Assembly: GCA_041682035.1 (NCBI GenBank)
Contig: JBFKKR010000004.1
Location: 1-62,047 of the forward strand
DNA length: 62,047 bases
Source: Pseudomonadales bacterium
GTDB lineage: Bacteria > Pseudomonadota > Gammaproteobacteria > Pseudomonadales > JBFGWM01
Direction: 5' to 3'
Part shown: positions 1-10,211 of the stretch, piece by piece
Position numbering within the stretch: position 1 is the first letter of the stretch
How the letters are laid out: each line of letters starts with the position of its first letter
The notes under the pieces: generated by a model
Told to the model about the DNA's origin: nothing
The model's input: only the letters and a program-made list of their open reading frames with translations
Databases searched by the model: none
Translations under genes and position numbers: made by a program

Positions 1-528
1 GCCGGGCTGATCTACCTGCCGAGCCCGCGTGGGGTCGCCCCGCAGGTGAAGGTGGAGATCGACCAGAAGAACAAGGAGTTTACCCGCAACCTGGCGGTGG
101 CGAGCCCGCAGAGCAAGCTGGTTTTCCTCAACTCCGACGACTACGACCACAACATCTATGCCAGTGACGGTCAGATCGGCGTGCACTTCGATTTTGGCCT
201 GATGCCCAAGGGCACCGAGTTTTCCCGGAAGGTGGACTGGCCCACGGACAACCTGCTGAGGATCGGCTGCAAGATTCATCCGCGCATGCGCATGTACGTC
301 GCCAACGTGACGGCCCTGGCGCAGCACGTCTTCGAATTCGAGCGCGATTCGCTCAGCTACCGCGCGGAACTGGACATCCCGCCGGGCTACGGTGGCCCGG
401 TGCGCCTGATGCTGGCGGGCTATGACGATGTGGAGGCCGTGCTCCCGAACGGCCCGGTGGTGGAGATCGCGTTGCAACGCAAGGGCCGTCCCGACGGCAC
501 GCTGAAACTGTCGAGGAAGCCGAAATGA
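1..528 (+). CDS. Cupredoxin-like (type-1 copper motif) protein, 5'-partial
   Basis: Frame is open from base 1 (AGLIYLPSPRGVAPQVKVEIDQKNKEF...). Motifs IDQKNKEF, NSDDYDHNIY and GCKIHPRM give His/Cys/His/Met spacing typical of cupredoxin-fold proteins. Confidence 0.7.
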   Translation, partial: AGLIYLPSPRGVAPQVKVEIDQKNKEFTRNLAVASPQSKLVFLNSDDYDHNIYASDGQIGVHFDFGLMPKGTEFSRKVDWPTDNLLRIGCKIHPRMRMYVANVTALAQHVFEFERDSLSYRAELDIPPGYGGPVRLMLAGYDDVEAVLPNGPVVEIALQRKGRPDGTLKLSRKPK

Positions 529-1109
529 TGCGTGGACTGAAACCGTTACTGGCGGGACTGCTGGCGCTCGGACTGGCCCAGCCCATTGGCGCGGCCGGTG
601 GAGAGGGAGACGGACTGGATTCCTTCCGGGTGCCGCCCGGGGCCGTCGTTCCCGGTGACTACCGCAAGACCTTCGACCACGTGGCCGGCCCGCTGTTCTC
701 GGGCATGCACTGGAATCACTTCATCCGCGTGTACATCCGTGGCGGGACGGAAGCCTACCGGCACAACAGTCGCGAGTTCCAGCGCTTCTACCAGAGCGAC
801 GAGGACTGGATGGAAGATCTGCCGGAACCCGAATACCACGTGTACCCGGCCGGTACGGTGATCATCAAGGAGAATTTCCGCGAGGTCGATGACGCACCGG
901 GCGCGACGCATACGCTCACCATCATGATTAAGCAGGCGGCCGGCTACGACCCCGGGCACGGCGACTGGGAATATGTCGAACTCGACCGCAGGGGCCGGAC
1001 CAGCCTGCGGGGCAACTCGCGCCAGTCGGACGTCGCGCTGCGCTGCGCCAACTGCCACGAGAGCGTCCGCGACCGGGATTACGTGTTCGCCATCGAGGCA
1101 GGGAAATGA
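525..1109 (+). CDS. Cytochrome P460 family protein (exported)
   Basis: Signal peptide; PAGTVIIKE, IMIK...GYDPGHGDWEY and C-terminal CANCH...DYVF are P460-family hallmarks. ATGA overlap with the upstream gene. Confidence 0.85.
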   Translation: MMRGLKPLLAGLLALGLAQPIGAAGGEGDGLDSFRVPPGAVVPGDYRKTFDHVAGPLFSGMHWNHFIRVYIRGGTEAYRHNSREFQRFYQSDEDWMEDLPEPEYHVYPAGTVIIKENFREVDDAPGATHTLTIMIKQAAGYDPGHGDWEYVELDRRGRTSLRGNSRQSDVALRCANCHESVRDRDYVFAIEAGK

Positions 1110-1347
1110 ACTGCCGCTGCCGTCGCCGCGCGGTGATTCAGGGCACGCTGATCGGAAGCGTATGCGGTCTGATCCTGGGCAACGCGGGTCCGGCCGTGTG
1201 GTCTATGATTTCCTGACCATGCTCTCCAGCTGAAACCGCTCCCGGGTGCGGGCGGGAAGACGATCCCGGGGCGACGTTTTCGTGGTTTTGTGAATGCCGG
1301 AAGCTGATATAGTGACGGTTTGCTGACAGGATTCTCGAAGGTGCGGT

Positions 1348-4300
1348 TTGGCTGAGAGACGCGATGTGAGCAGCGGCAAAACGGGCGGTTCGAGTGAGCG
1401 GCGGGTCTACCCCCGGCGGCCCGTAGACCTGCCCGGGGAATTCCAGACCGGCCGCGTCGGCGAGGGCAAGCCGAAGTCCTGCTACCTGCTCGACTATTCC
1501 TACGGGGGCCTGCACGTGGAGTTCGTGTCCGGCGTACCGAAGGGTCTCAGCCTCGGCAGTACCGGCATGATCTCCTTCGTCTCCGACACCAGCGGCGCCA
1601 CCACCGTCCATCACGTGCGCATCCGCGTCTGCCGCCTGCAGGACCGGCTGGCCGGTTGCGCTTTTGCGGCCGAACCCAACAAGGGGACGCGCAAGGCGCT
1701 GGAGGCAGAGGCGCAGCGCCGTGAGAAGGAACGCGAATCCGGCCGGCTGACACGCTCGGCGCTGCCGGCGGACAAGGTCGAGGAGTTCGTCAACACGACC
1801 TGGGCCGCCGTGCGCAAGCCGCTCGACCTGCTGATCCGAACCATGGTGCCGCAGCTCAACGCGGAACTGACCCAGGCCACCAAGGGGATGCTGCGCGACG
1901 AGGAGCGCAAGGCCTTCCTGGAGGCGATGGGGGAGACCAGCATCCATTGGGAGGAGGTGGTTTCCCAGTGGGTCGGCGGGTTGCGCGAGGACTTCATGAA
2001 CCTCCGCCACCGCAAGCTGCACAAGGCGCGCAAGGGCAGCGGACGGGAAGCCAGCGGCGCCAGCGAACTCAGTGTCGTGGGAGATGCCGAGGTGGAGGCG
2101 ACCGTGAGCATCCAGTCGCTGGTCCTGGAAGCGGAGCGCTACCACCGCGACACCCTCTCGCTGATGAACCACGGCCTGAGTCTCGCCACTGGCAGCGACG
2201 TGATCGACGCCAACTCGCCGCTGGGCCCGGCGCTGATCACGGAGCATTTTCACGACGCGGCCCGCCGACTCTATCCGCACCCGATGGTGCAACGGGTTTT
2301 CCTGGATTGCTTCAAGGTCGCTTTCCTGCTCGAACTGGACATGATCTACAAGCGCGTGGACGAAGTCCTGCGGGAGTGGGGGCTGTACGAGCGTGCGCGG
2401 GATGCCGCCACGGACGACCGGCGCAGTTTCATCAAGAAGCGCGAACCGGAAGAAAAGGAAAGCGCGAAGCGCGCCCCGCGGCAGGCTTTCGCGAACCGGG
2501 GCGCCAGGGCCCGCGCGCCTGGTGCGCAGTTCGCGGGTGCGGATGACGCCAACACCCTGGAGAAACAGGCGGGGACACTGCAGGATGCCGAACTGCTATC
2601 GGGACCGCAGGCCGGCGGTGGGGGCGGCAGTGGCTCGGCGCTCGATTCCAGCATCCTGGTCCGGCTGCTCACGCAACTGCTGCCGGAAAAGGAAGGGGAT
2701 GCGGTGCCGGACGACGCGCCCGTGCTGTCCGATGATGAACTGAATAACCTGCTCGCGCGGCTGCCGCAGATGGTGCCCGCCGGTGGCACGGACCCGCTGA
2801 GCTTTCTGCAGTGGCTGTCCGAGAAGGCGCAGGAGGTGCCCTCCGCGGCGGGGCCGGTGCAATTCACGCCGGAGCAGCAGGCCTCCATCGGGCTGGTGGA
2901 AAAGCTGTTCGACACCATCAGCCGCAATGCGGCGCTGCCGGAGCAGACCATCGGCTGGTTCCGCCGGTTGCAGGTGCCCATCCTGTCCCTCGTGCTGCGC
3001 GAACCGTCCTTCCTCAGCGAGGCCGACCATCCGGCCCGCCAGATGTTGAACCAGCTGGCGCGGCTGGGGGGGGACTCCGAGATCGCGGCCACCGGGCTGG
3101 ACCAGACGCTGGACCAGTACGTGGAACGGGTGGTGACGGAGCACCTCGAGAATCCGGGCATCTACGAGGACGTGGTCGCGGGGCTGAACCGCATCGTCGA
3201 GAACCGCAACCAGTCTTTCCTGAACGGGGTGCGCCGGCTCCAGCACACGCAGGACGGCCGGCAGCGCCTGATCAATGCCCGTCGCGATGTCATGAAAGTC
3301 CTGCACCGGATGATGAAGGGCGGCGTCATACGCGCAGCAATTATGAAACTGCTGGACGAGGGCTGGGGCAACCTGCTGGTGAACACGCTGGTCAGCGAGG
3401 GCGAGGACAGCGAAAAGTTCCGGCGCTACCGCCGCGTGCTGGAGGCGCTCGCACACTGGCTGGAAGGCGACAAGCCGCGCATTGTCGACCCGGCCTACCG
3501 GGCCGCACAGGCCGACAACGTGGACAAGGTGCTGAGCGTGATCAAGGCCGGGCTGGAGGATGTCACCGCGGACCCGTTCATCGCCGGCTCCCATTACGAC
3601 CTGTTCCATGCACTGTTGCGCGGTCCGGTTTCCGACATGCCGATGCAACAACTCCAGGCCTGTCGAATCGACGACCTGTTCGATGGCGAATATGAAACCA
3701 GTCCGGGCGTCGAGGATCTTGGCAAACTGTCGCTCTTCCAGCAGGGACTGGTGCGCCGGTTGCGCGAGTTGCGGCCCGGTACCGTGGTGCTGCTGAGCCA
3801 CCCGGAGCGGGGTGTCTCCCGCCGCCGCCTGGTCTGGAAGGCCGCGGACCTGTCGCGCCTGGTGCTGTCCGACGACCGGGGTGGCAGCCTCGACGAGATG
3901 TCCCTGCGGGACTTCTTCGCACGGGCCGAGGAAAACGGCATCGAATTTCTCGATGCACGCAGCGATTCGCTGGTGGATACCGGCCTGCTCGAGGCGATCC
4001 AGGACTCGCTGCATGAACTGACGCATGCCGGCGACCGGGATGAACTGACCGGCGCCCTGACGCGGCGCGAGTTCGTGCAGGTGCTTGAGCAGCACATGCG
4101 CGAAAAGCACATCGAAGAACGCGAATCCGCCCTGCTGCTGGTCAACGTCGACTGGTTCGACCTGCTCAACAACGAGGTCGGGCACGCCGCGGCTGACCAG
4201 TATCTTGCCCTGTTGCGATCGATCATTTCCGACGAGATGCCACTGGGCAGCGTCTGCGGCCGACTGGGCACCGACGAGTTCGGCGTGCTGCTCAGGGATG

Positions 4301-5334
4301 CAGACGGCGAAGCCGCCAGCGACATCGCAATGCGGCTCAAGGAAACCGTCTCGGCGCGCGGATTCGACTGGCTGGACAAGCGCCTGAATATCTCGGTGAG
4401 CATCGGCGTGGTGGCCCTCGGCGAACTCGGCGGGAGTGCGGAGAAGGCCATGCAGTGCGCGAGCATGGCCTGCGCGGAAGCGAAGGAGGGGGGGCGCAAC
4501 CGGGTGGTCGTTTCTTCGGGCACCGACGAGCTGACCGTGCAGCGGCAGCAGATCAAGTCGCTTGCCACGCAGGTGCACGATCTCGTAATCAACAAACGGC
4601 TGGGCCTGCGGCTGCAGCCCATCGTTCCACTGGAGCGCGATGACGCCCATCACCATCACGAGGCGCTGCTGCTGCTGCGCGACGAGGAGGGTCGGATCGT
4701 CTCGCCGCAGGACTTCATCATCGCGGCCGAGTCCTACGGCCAGGTGAAGATCGTCGATCGCTTCATGGTCGAAACCGCGCTGCGCTGGATGTCCGATCAC
4801 CCGCAGTACCTGGAGACCCTCGGAGGGATCGCGATCAACCTGTCCGGGCATTCCGTCATCGATGCGGAATTCCTCGATTTCCTGATGTCGACCGTGCGCA
4901 ACGCGGCGGTCGACCCGACGCGGATCTCCTTCGAGATCACCGAGACCTCGATGGTGTCCAACCTGCGGCAGGCGACCGAATTCATCTACCGCGTGCGGGA
5001 AACCGGCTGCCAGTTCGCGCTGGATGACTTCGGCGCGGGCATGTCCTCCTACGCCTACCTGAAGAACATGCCGGTCGATTACCTGAAGATCGACGGCATC
5101 TTCATCCGCGAGATCGTCAAGGTCAAAGAGGATCTCGCGCTGGTCCGGTCCATCAACGACCTCGCCCATTTCATGGGCATCCGCACCATCGCGGAATTCG
5201 TCGAGAACGCCGAGATTCTCGCGCAGCTGAAGGAACTCGGCGTGGACTACGCGCAGGGCTGGGAGGTCGGCAAACCATTGCCGCTGGAAGAGTTCGAGCG
5301 CGCCTGTGAGACCAAGCTCAGGTCGCAGGCCTGA
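1348..5334 (+). CDS. PilZ-DUF1631-GGDEF(degenerate)-EAL c-di-GMP signalling protein, probable phosphodiesterase
   Basis: N-terminal RRVYPR and DYSYGG (PilZ motifs); DUF1631-like central region ([11 protein letters not shown]); GTDEF in place of GGDEF; intact EAL, EITET, DDFGAG, KIDG, AEFVE, QG. TTG start uncertain. Confidence 0.85.
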   Translation: MAERRDVSSGKTGGSSERRVYPRRPVDLPGEFQTGRVGEGKPKSCYLLDYSYGGLHVEFVSGVPKGLSLGSTGMISFVSDTSGATTVHHVRIRVCRLQDRLAGCAFAAEPNKGTRKALEAEAQRREKERESGRLTRSALPADKVEEFVNTTWAAVRKPLDLLIRTMVPQLNAELTQATKGMLRDEERKAFLEAMGETSIHWEEVVSQWVGGLREDFMNLRHRKLHKARKGSGREASGASELSVVGDAEVEATVSIQSLVLEAERYHRDTLSLMNHGLSLATGSDVIDANSPLGPALITEHFHDAARRLYPHPMVQRVFLDCFKVAFLLELDMIYKRVDEVLREWGLYERARDAATDDRRSFIKKREPEEKESAKRAPRQAFANRGARARAPGAQFAGADDANTLEKQAGTLQDAELLSGPQAGGGGGSGSALDSSILVRLLTQLLPEKEGDAVPDDAPVLSDDELNNLLARLPQMVPAGGTDPLSFLQWLSEKAQEVPSAAGPVQFTPEQQASIGLVEKLFDTISRNAALPEQTIGWFRRLQVPILSLVLREPSFLSEADHPARQMLNQLARLGGDSEIAATGLDQTLDQYVERVVTEHLENPGIYEDVVAGLNRIVENRNQSFLNGVRRLQHTQDGRQRLINARRDVMKVLHRMMKGGVIRAAIMKLLDEGWGNLLVNTLVSEGEDSEKFRRYRRVLEALAHWLEGDKPRIVDPAYRAAQADNVDKVLSVIKAGLEDVTADPFIAGSHYDLFHALLRGPVSDMPMQQLQACRIDDLFDGEYETSPGVEDLGKLSLFQQGLVRRLRELRPGTVVLLSHPERGVSRRRLVWKAADLSRLVLSDDRGGSLDEMSLRDFFARAEENGIEFLDARSDSLVDTGLLEAIQDSLHELTHAGDRDELTGALTRREFVQVLEQHMREKHIEERESALLLVNVDWFDLLNNEVGHAAADQYLALLRSIISDEMPLGSVCGRLGTDEFGVLLRDADGEAASDIAMRLKETVSARGFDWLDKRLNISVSIGVVALGELGGSAEKAMQCASMACAEAKEGGRNRVVVSSGTDELTVQRQQIKSLATQVHDLVINKRLGLRLQPIVPLERDDAHHHHEALLLLRDEEGRIVSPQDFIIAAESYGQVKIVDRFMVETALRWMSDHPQYLETLGGIAINLSGHSVIDAEFLDFLMSTVRNAAVDPTRISFEITETSMVSNLRQATEFIYRVRETGCQFALDDFGAGMSSYAYLKNMPVDYLKIDGIFIREIVKVKEDLALVRSINDLAHFMGIRTIAEFVENAEILAQLKELGVDYAQGWEVGKPLPLEEFERACETKLRSQA

Positions 5335-5397
5335 CCGCCGCACCGGGCTGCGCCCCGCACCGGGTCATCGCCTTCCGGTGCCGGCGCAGCGGTCCAT

Positions 5398-6747
5398 TCA
5401 TCGGGTATAAAGCAGGCGGTTCACCGACTTGTTCGGGTTCCCGACCACGCCCTTGGTGGACCGGTTGACCAGCGCGCCCGTCACCTGGGCCGGCGAGGCG
5501 CCCCGGCTGCCCTGCAGGTAGAGAGCGGCCGCACCGGCCACGTGCGGCGAGGCCATCGAAGTGCCGCTCAGGGTCTGCGACCCGGTATCGCTGCTGTAAT
5601 CGGCCGACTCGATATTTCCTCCCGGTGCGAACAGGTCGAGGCAGTCGCCCCAGTTCGAGAACGAGGAACGGGCATCGTTGCGGTCGGTCGAGCCGACGGT
5701 GATCGCTGCCGGCGCGCGCGAGGGGGATTCCCGGCAGGCGTCCCGGTTGTCGTTGCCGGCGGCGACGACCACCGTGATGCCGGCGTTGACGGCGGCCCGG
5801 ACCGCGTCGTCCGTGGCCTGGCTGGCGCTGCCGCCGAGGCTCATGTTGATGACCGCCGGTTTGACGTGGTTCTCGATCACCCATTCGACGCCGTCGATGG
5901 TCGCCGAACCCGAGCCGACGCCACCACAGCCGAGCACGCGGACGGCGTGCAGGGTGACGCCCTTGGCCACGCCCCAGCGGGTGCCGCCGACGGTGCCGGC
6001 GACATGCGTGCCGTGGCCGTTACAGTCGTCCGGCGCGGTCGCCGGGTCATTCGGGTCGTCCGGTTTGCTGGCGGGCGGTTCCTCTCCGCCCCCGCCCCCG
6101 AACAGGCCGCCGCCACCGAAGAAACCGCCCCCGCCGCCGAACAGTCCACCGCCGCCCCCGCCGCCGAAGAAGCCGCTGGCGCCGGAGATGTCGGCCCCGT
6201 TGCCGACACGGCCGGCGAAGTCCTCGTGCGAGGCGCGGATGCCGGTGTCGATGACGTAGGCATGCACGCCGCGGCCGTCCGGCGTCCAGCCGTACTGCGT
6301 GTTCAGCGGGAGGGCGCGCTGGTCGATGCGGTCCAGGCCCCAGGGCGCGTTGCTCTGCGTGCCATCGATGCCCATCACCACGTCCGGCTCCACGTAACGG
6401 ACCAGCGGGTGCAGGGCGAGCGCCTCCGCCTCGGCGGGCGTGAGCGCGGCGGCGTAGCCGAGCAGCGCCGCGCCGAAGACCCGCTGCACGGAACCGCTGT
6501 CCGTGGCGATGGTCGCGATGGCGGCGCGGGTCAGTTCCTCGCCACTGATGCCGTCCCCGAGATTGAGGAAGCCACGCAGGACGTCGGCGTCCTTCAGCGC
6601 CACGATGTAGTGTCCCGGGATCACGTCGCCGGCCTGCAGCCCGTGCAGCGGGTTGTTTTCCGGCGGTTCGGCGCCCACGGCGGACCCGTTGACGGCCAGC
6701 AGGGCGCCGATCAGCAACGCGGCGGGAATCTGTTTCAAGCTTCGCAT
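5398..6747 (-). CDS. Secreted S8 subtilisin-like serine protease (proteinase K/aqualysin type)
   Basis: Signal peptide, I9-like propeptide (YIVALK...YVEPD), WGLDRIDQR, catalytic [11 protein letters not shown] and [11 protein letters not shown]. Confidence 0.95.
   Translation of the reverse strand: MRSLKQIPAALLIGALLAVNGSAVGAEPPENNPLHGLQAGDVIPGHYIVALKDADVLRGFLNLGDGISGEELTRAAIATIATDSGSVQRVFGAALLGYAAALTPAEAEALALHPLVRYVEPDVVMGIDGTQSNAPWGLDRIDQRALPLNTQYGWTPDGRGVHAYVIDTGIRASHEDFAGRVGNGADISGASGFFGGGGGGGLFGGGGGFFGGGGLFGGGGGEEPPASKPDDPNDPATAPDDCNGHGTHVAGTVGGTRWGVAKGVTLHAVRVLGCGGVGSGSATIDGVEWVIENHVKPAVINMSLGGSASQATDDAVRAAVNAGITVVVAAGNDNRDACRESPSRAPAAITVGSTDRNDARSSFSNWGDCLDLFAPGGNIESADYSSDTGSQTLSGTSMASPHVAGAAALYLQGSRGASPAQVTGALVNRSTKGVVGNPNKSVNRLLYTR
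6085..6174 (-). repeat. Coding Phe/Leu-Phe-Gly(n) repeat (4 units) inside the S8 protease
   Basis: Translates as [30 protein letters not shown]. Confidence 0.9.
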
Positions 6748-6912
6748 GGGACGGTCTCCGGGCGGGTCTTTGCGGAAAATCTGGACAGAAAAAAGTCAGG
6801 ATGCCCGAATCCGGCGGTCAATGTAAGCGCTCTTCGCCGGCCCGGGCGCCGTGATGCGGAAATCGTCCCGTGAAGGCGCTAGGATGGCGCCTGGAAACGA
6901 GGAGACCCGCCC

Positions 6913-8244
6913 ATGCGTTCTGCCCTGCACCGGCTCGTCCTGCTGCTTGCCTGCCTGTTCCATGCCGCCGTCCATGCCGAATCCCCGCCGGTCGGCGAGA
7001 TCTCCTTCAAGCGCGGCAGTATCCACGCGGCGGAGGGTAGTGGCCCGGAGCGCGCCCTGGAGGTGGCCGACCCGGTGCATCGCGGTGACCGCCTGCGCAG
7101 TGGTCCGCGCAGCTTTTCCGTGGTCCGCTTCGAGGATGCCAACAAGCTGGCGGTGCGCCCCAACACCCTGGTGGTGATCGCGGATTTCCTGGACAACGAG
7201 GCGGCCATCGCGTTGCAGCAGGGTGGTCTGCAGGCGACCGTGCGTCCAACCGGCAGGCCGGGTGCCTCGCGCGTCTATCGCTTCGATGCCGGCACGGTGG
7301 AGATCGACGTGGAGGATGCCCGCTTCGACCTGCGCCACTGCGGACCCGAGTGCGCCGCGGAGAACCTGCAGGTGCTGGAGAGCCAGGGCGCGCTCCCGGA
7401 AGGCGCGATCGGCCGCGTTGCACTGGTGCGCGGCAGCGTCGAGGTGACGGGTGGCGCCGGCGCGACCCGCCGCCTGCGCATGGGGCAGCCGGTGTTCCCG
7501 CAGGACACGCTGCGTTCGGCGGCAGACAGCCACGCACTGCTGGTCTTCAGCGACGGCGGCCAGCTGGTGGTCGACCAGGACAGCACCGTGCGCCTCGGCG
7601 ACATCCGGCTGCGCGGGCAGGCGGATGACCAGTTCGAGGCCGAACTGGTTTCCGGCGGCATGCGGGCACTGAGCGGCATGCTCGGCAAGCGCGATGCAGG
7701 CCGGGTGAAATTCCGGACGCCGGTGGCGAGCACCGGGATCCGGGGCACCGGGTTTGATCTCATCTGCCAGGGCAGTTGCCGGTTCGACGCGTACACCGGC
7801 CAGCTCCCCTCGACGCGGAACGGCTGGCCCGACGGCCTCTATGGCAGCGCCTGGGAGGGCACCATCGTGCCGGCGAACGAGGCCGGCGGTGTCGATGTGC
7901 AGGCCGGCGGCTTCGCTTACGTGCCCAACCCCACGACCCCGCCGCGGCTGCTGTCCGACCGGCCCGAGCCACTGGACCGGTTGCTTTCACCGCGCCCGGT
8001 GCGGGTGGACGCCGGCGATGACCGTGCGCACCAGGACCGGATCTGGCGGCCGGAGCCCGGCACCTATCTCTATGTACATGACGGCGAAATCCGGGTTCGG
8101 GGCGAGACCCCCGGCGCGCCGCCGCGGGTCTTCGGCGCGAACCGCTACGTGCACGTCACGCCGGAGGGGGCGGTGGTGTCCGGGCAGGGCGCGCCGCCGT
8201 TCCTCTACTATGACGCTGCCTGCCCACGCTGTACCGAGGAATGA
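6913..8244 (+). CDS. Exported protein with two tandem FecR-like domains
   Basis: Signal peptide; two units of the pattern GD.LRS...(F.D).L.V..NT/DS, with KFRTPVASTGIRGTGF in the second unit. Confidence 0.75.
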   Translation: MRSALHRLVLLLACLFHAAVHAESPPVGEISFKRGSIHAAEGSGPERALEVADPVHRGDRLRSGPRSFSVVRFEDANKLAVRPNTLVVIADFLDNEAAIALQQGGLQATVRPTGRPGASRVYRFDAGTVEIDVEDARFDLRHCGPECAAENLQVLESQGALPEGAIGRVALVRGSVEVTGGAGATRRLRMGQPVFPQDTLRSAADSHALLVFSDGGQLVVDQDSTVRLGDIRLRGQADDQFEAELVSGGMRALSGMLGKRDAGRVKFRTPVASTGIRGTGFDLICQGSCRFDAYTGQLPSTRNGWPDGLYGSAWEGTIVPANEAGGVDVQAGGFAYVPNPTTPPRLLSDRPEPLDRLLSPRPVRVDAGDDRAHQDRIWRPEPGTYLYVHDGEIRVRGETPGAPPRVFGANRYVHVTPEGAVVSGQGAPPFLYYDAACPRCTEE

Positions 8245-8395
8245 GCGGACCCGGCCTGTCCGGTGCGATCCGGGGCACTGTGGTTGCGGAATAACCACCG
8301 CCGGCACGGGCGGCTTATATTCCATAAACGAATAAAAAATCCCGTGAACATGCCATCCTGTTTTCATGCTAGATTGGACCCAGGTTAACTGAATC

Positions 8396-9193
8396 GTGAG
8401 TTCACGCATGAAGGTGCTGGTGCTCGAGGACGATACGGAAGACTGGCTGCTGCTCCAGCACCAGTTGCGTTCCGTGGACCTCCCGGTCAAGCAGGAGGTG
8501 GAACTGGAACTGGCCAGCACGCTGTCCGCGGCCGGGGAAAAAACCCGCCAGCGATGTTACGACTTCATGATTGCGGACTTCCATTTGCCCGATGGTGTCG
8601 CGCTCGACTTCCTGTTCTCGGAACTTCAGCGCTGCCCGACGATGTATGCCCTGCTGGTTTCCAACGACGAGCAACTGGTCACGCTGCCCGCGGTCGGGGA
8701 ACTGTTGCGCAGCAACCGGGTTTCGTTCTGCGTGAAGTCCGACCTCGACCAGTTCCGGCTGCAGGCCGAATTCCGCGCCGCGCAGTGTGTATCCGGGGTG
8801 GCGGACACGGAACCGCACCGGAAATCCATCCTGCTGGTCGATGACGACCCCGATGAGCGCGAAATGCTGCGCTGGCACTGCGAGCAGCTCACGGGCATGG
8901 AGGTGGATGTCGACTGGGCGCGCGACACCGGTGAAGCCCTGCGCAAGGCCGCCGCCGGCCACTACTCGCTGATCCTCGTGGATTTCCGGCTCGACCAGGA
9001 GATTGGCACGGAAACGATCCGGCAATTGCATGATGCCGGAATACGTGCCCCCATGTTTATCATCTCGGACGCCCCCAGTTTCCTGGCCAGCCAGGAAGCG
9101 ATGCGTTGTCTCGGCCATCGCCGCGCCGGGTTCATCAGCAAGCGCCGGCTGGATTCCCAGCGCCTGCAGCAGGTGCTGCAGGCGAAGCGCTGA
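8396..9193 (+). CDS. Response regulator with two tandem receiver domains and no output domain
   Basis: MKVLVLEDD...MIADFHL and ILLVDDD...ILVDFRL. Start may be the ATG at 8408. Confidence 0.8.
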   Translation: MSSRMKVLVLEDDTEDWLLLQHQLRSVDLPVKQEVELELASTLSAAGEKTRQRCYDFMIADFHLPDGVALDFLFSELQRCPTMYALLVSNDEQLVTLPAVGELLRSNRVSFCVKSDLDQFRLQAEFRAAQCVSGVADTEPHRKSILLVDDDPDEREMLRWHCEQLTGMEVDVDWARDTGEALRKAAAGHYSLILVDFRLDQEIGTETIRQLHDAGIRAPMFIISDAPSFLASQEAMRCLGHRRAGFISKRRLDSQRLQQVLQAKR

Positions 9194-9341
9194 GCGTCCC
9201 GGCCGGCCGGAGCGTTCCCCCTCCAGCATTCCCTGGTTCCGCCTGCGCAGCAGCAGCGGAAGTGTGTGATGTTTCACGCTGGGCTACTATGGTACAGGCA
9301 ATCAGACCAGTGCCTGGCGGGCGCTTTTTTTTGGGGGAAAC

Positions 9342-10166
9342 ATGCAGAACCTGGGATTTGTGCCGCGGCGCGTGCTGTGGCTGCTGCTGGTGCTATCTGC
9401 GCCGTCCGTTCTCGCGGCGGAAGAACCCGACGGGGCGGCGATCCTGAAGGAGTTCTCGACCCGCCACCAGGTACCGTACGAGTTCGAGACCGTCACCCTC
9501 AAGATGACCGACGCACAGGGCAACGAGACCACGCGCGTGATGCGTCGTTACGCGCGCAAGTGGGACGAGGGCAAGTACCGGCACCTCGTCGTGTTCGACG
9601 AACCGAGCACCGTCCACGGCACCGCGTTGCTGGCCTGGCAGAACGCATCGGGGCCCGACCACCAGTGGACCTACCTGCCGGCGCAGAACCGCGTACGCAA
9701 GCAGAGCGCCACCCGTGGCAACCTGCGCCAGTACTTCATGGGCACCGATCTCACCTACGAGGACATCTCGGCCGAGGACGTTGAGAAGTACGCCTACGAA
9801 CGGCAGCCCGACCAGCAGCTCGATGGCGTGGACGTGTTTGTCGTCCGGGCCCGCCCGAGCGACCCGGACCTGCAGAAGGAGACCGGGTACCAGCACCGGG
9901 ACCTGTTCCTGCGCAAGGACAACTTCGTGCTCGTGCGCGTCGACTTCTACGACATGCGCGGCAAGTTCGTGAAGCGCCTGCTGGCGAAATCGGAACCGGT
10001 TTCCATCGGCGAGACGGCCTGGCGCGTGGACCATGTCCTGATCGACAACGAACGCGAGCAGCACAAGACCGAACTGATCGTGAACGCGCGGCAGACCGAC
10101 GAGGACGCCGTGCCGAAGAACATGTTTTCCTCCCAGTACATCGCGGCCAAGCGGCACTTTAAATAA
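9342..10166 (+). CDS. Outer-membrane lipoprotein-sorting (LolA-like) protein
   Basis: Signal peptide; F.EP..V.GT.LL, DHQWTYLPA, FMGTDLTYED and RVDFYD motifs; adjacent to an MMPL gene as is typical for this family. Confidence 0.85.
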   Translation: MQNLGFVPRRVLWLLLVLSAPSVLAAEEPDGAAILKEFSTRHQVPYEFETVTLKMTDAQGNETTRVMRRYARKWDEGKYRHLVVFDEPSTVHGTALLAWQNASGPDHQWTYLPAQNRVRKQSATRGNLRQYFMGTDLTYEDISAEDVEKYAYERQPDQQLDGVDVFVVRARPSDPDLQKETGYQHRDLFLRKDNFVLVRVDFYDMRGKFVKRLLAKSEPVSIGETAWRVDHVLIDNEREQHKTELIVNARQTDEDAVPKNMFSSQYIAAKRHFK

Positions 10167-10211
10167 GATAAGAAACGACCGGCGCCCGGTTCGCCGGCAA
10201 AAGGAACTGTC

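Noticed and set aside
9263-9278. CRP-like site TGTGT-N6-TCACG upstream of the cNMP-MMPL operon
   Set aside because: Two mismatches to the TGTGA-N6-TCACA core; not distinguishable from chance without a matrix scan.
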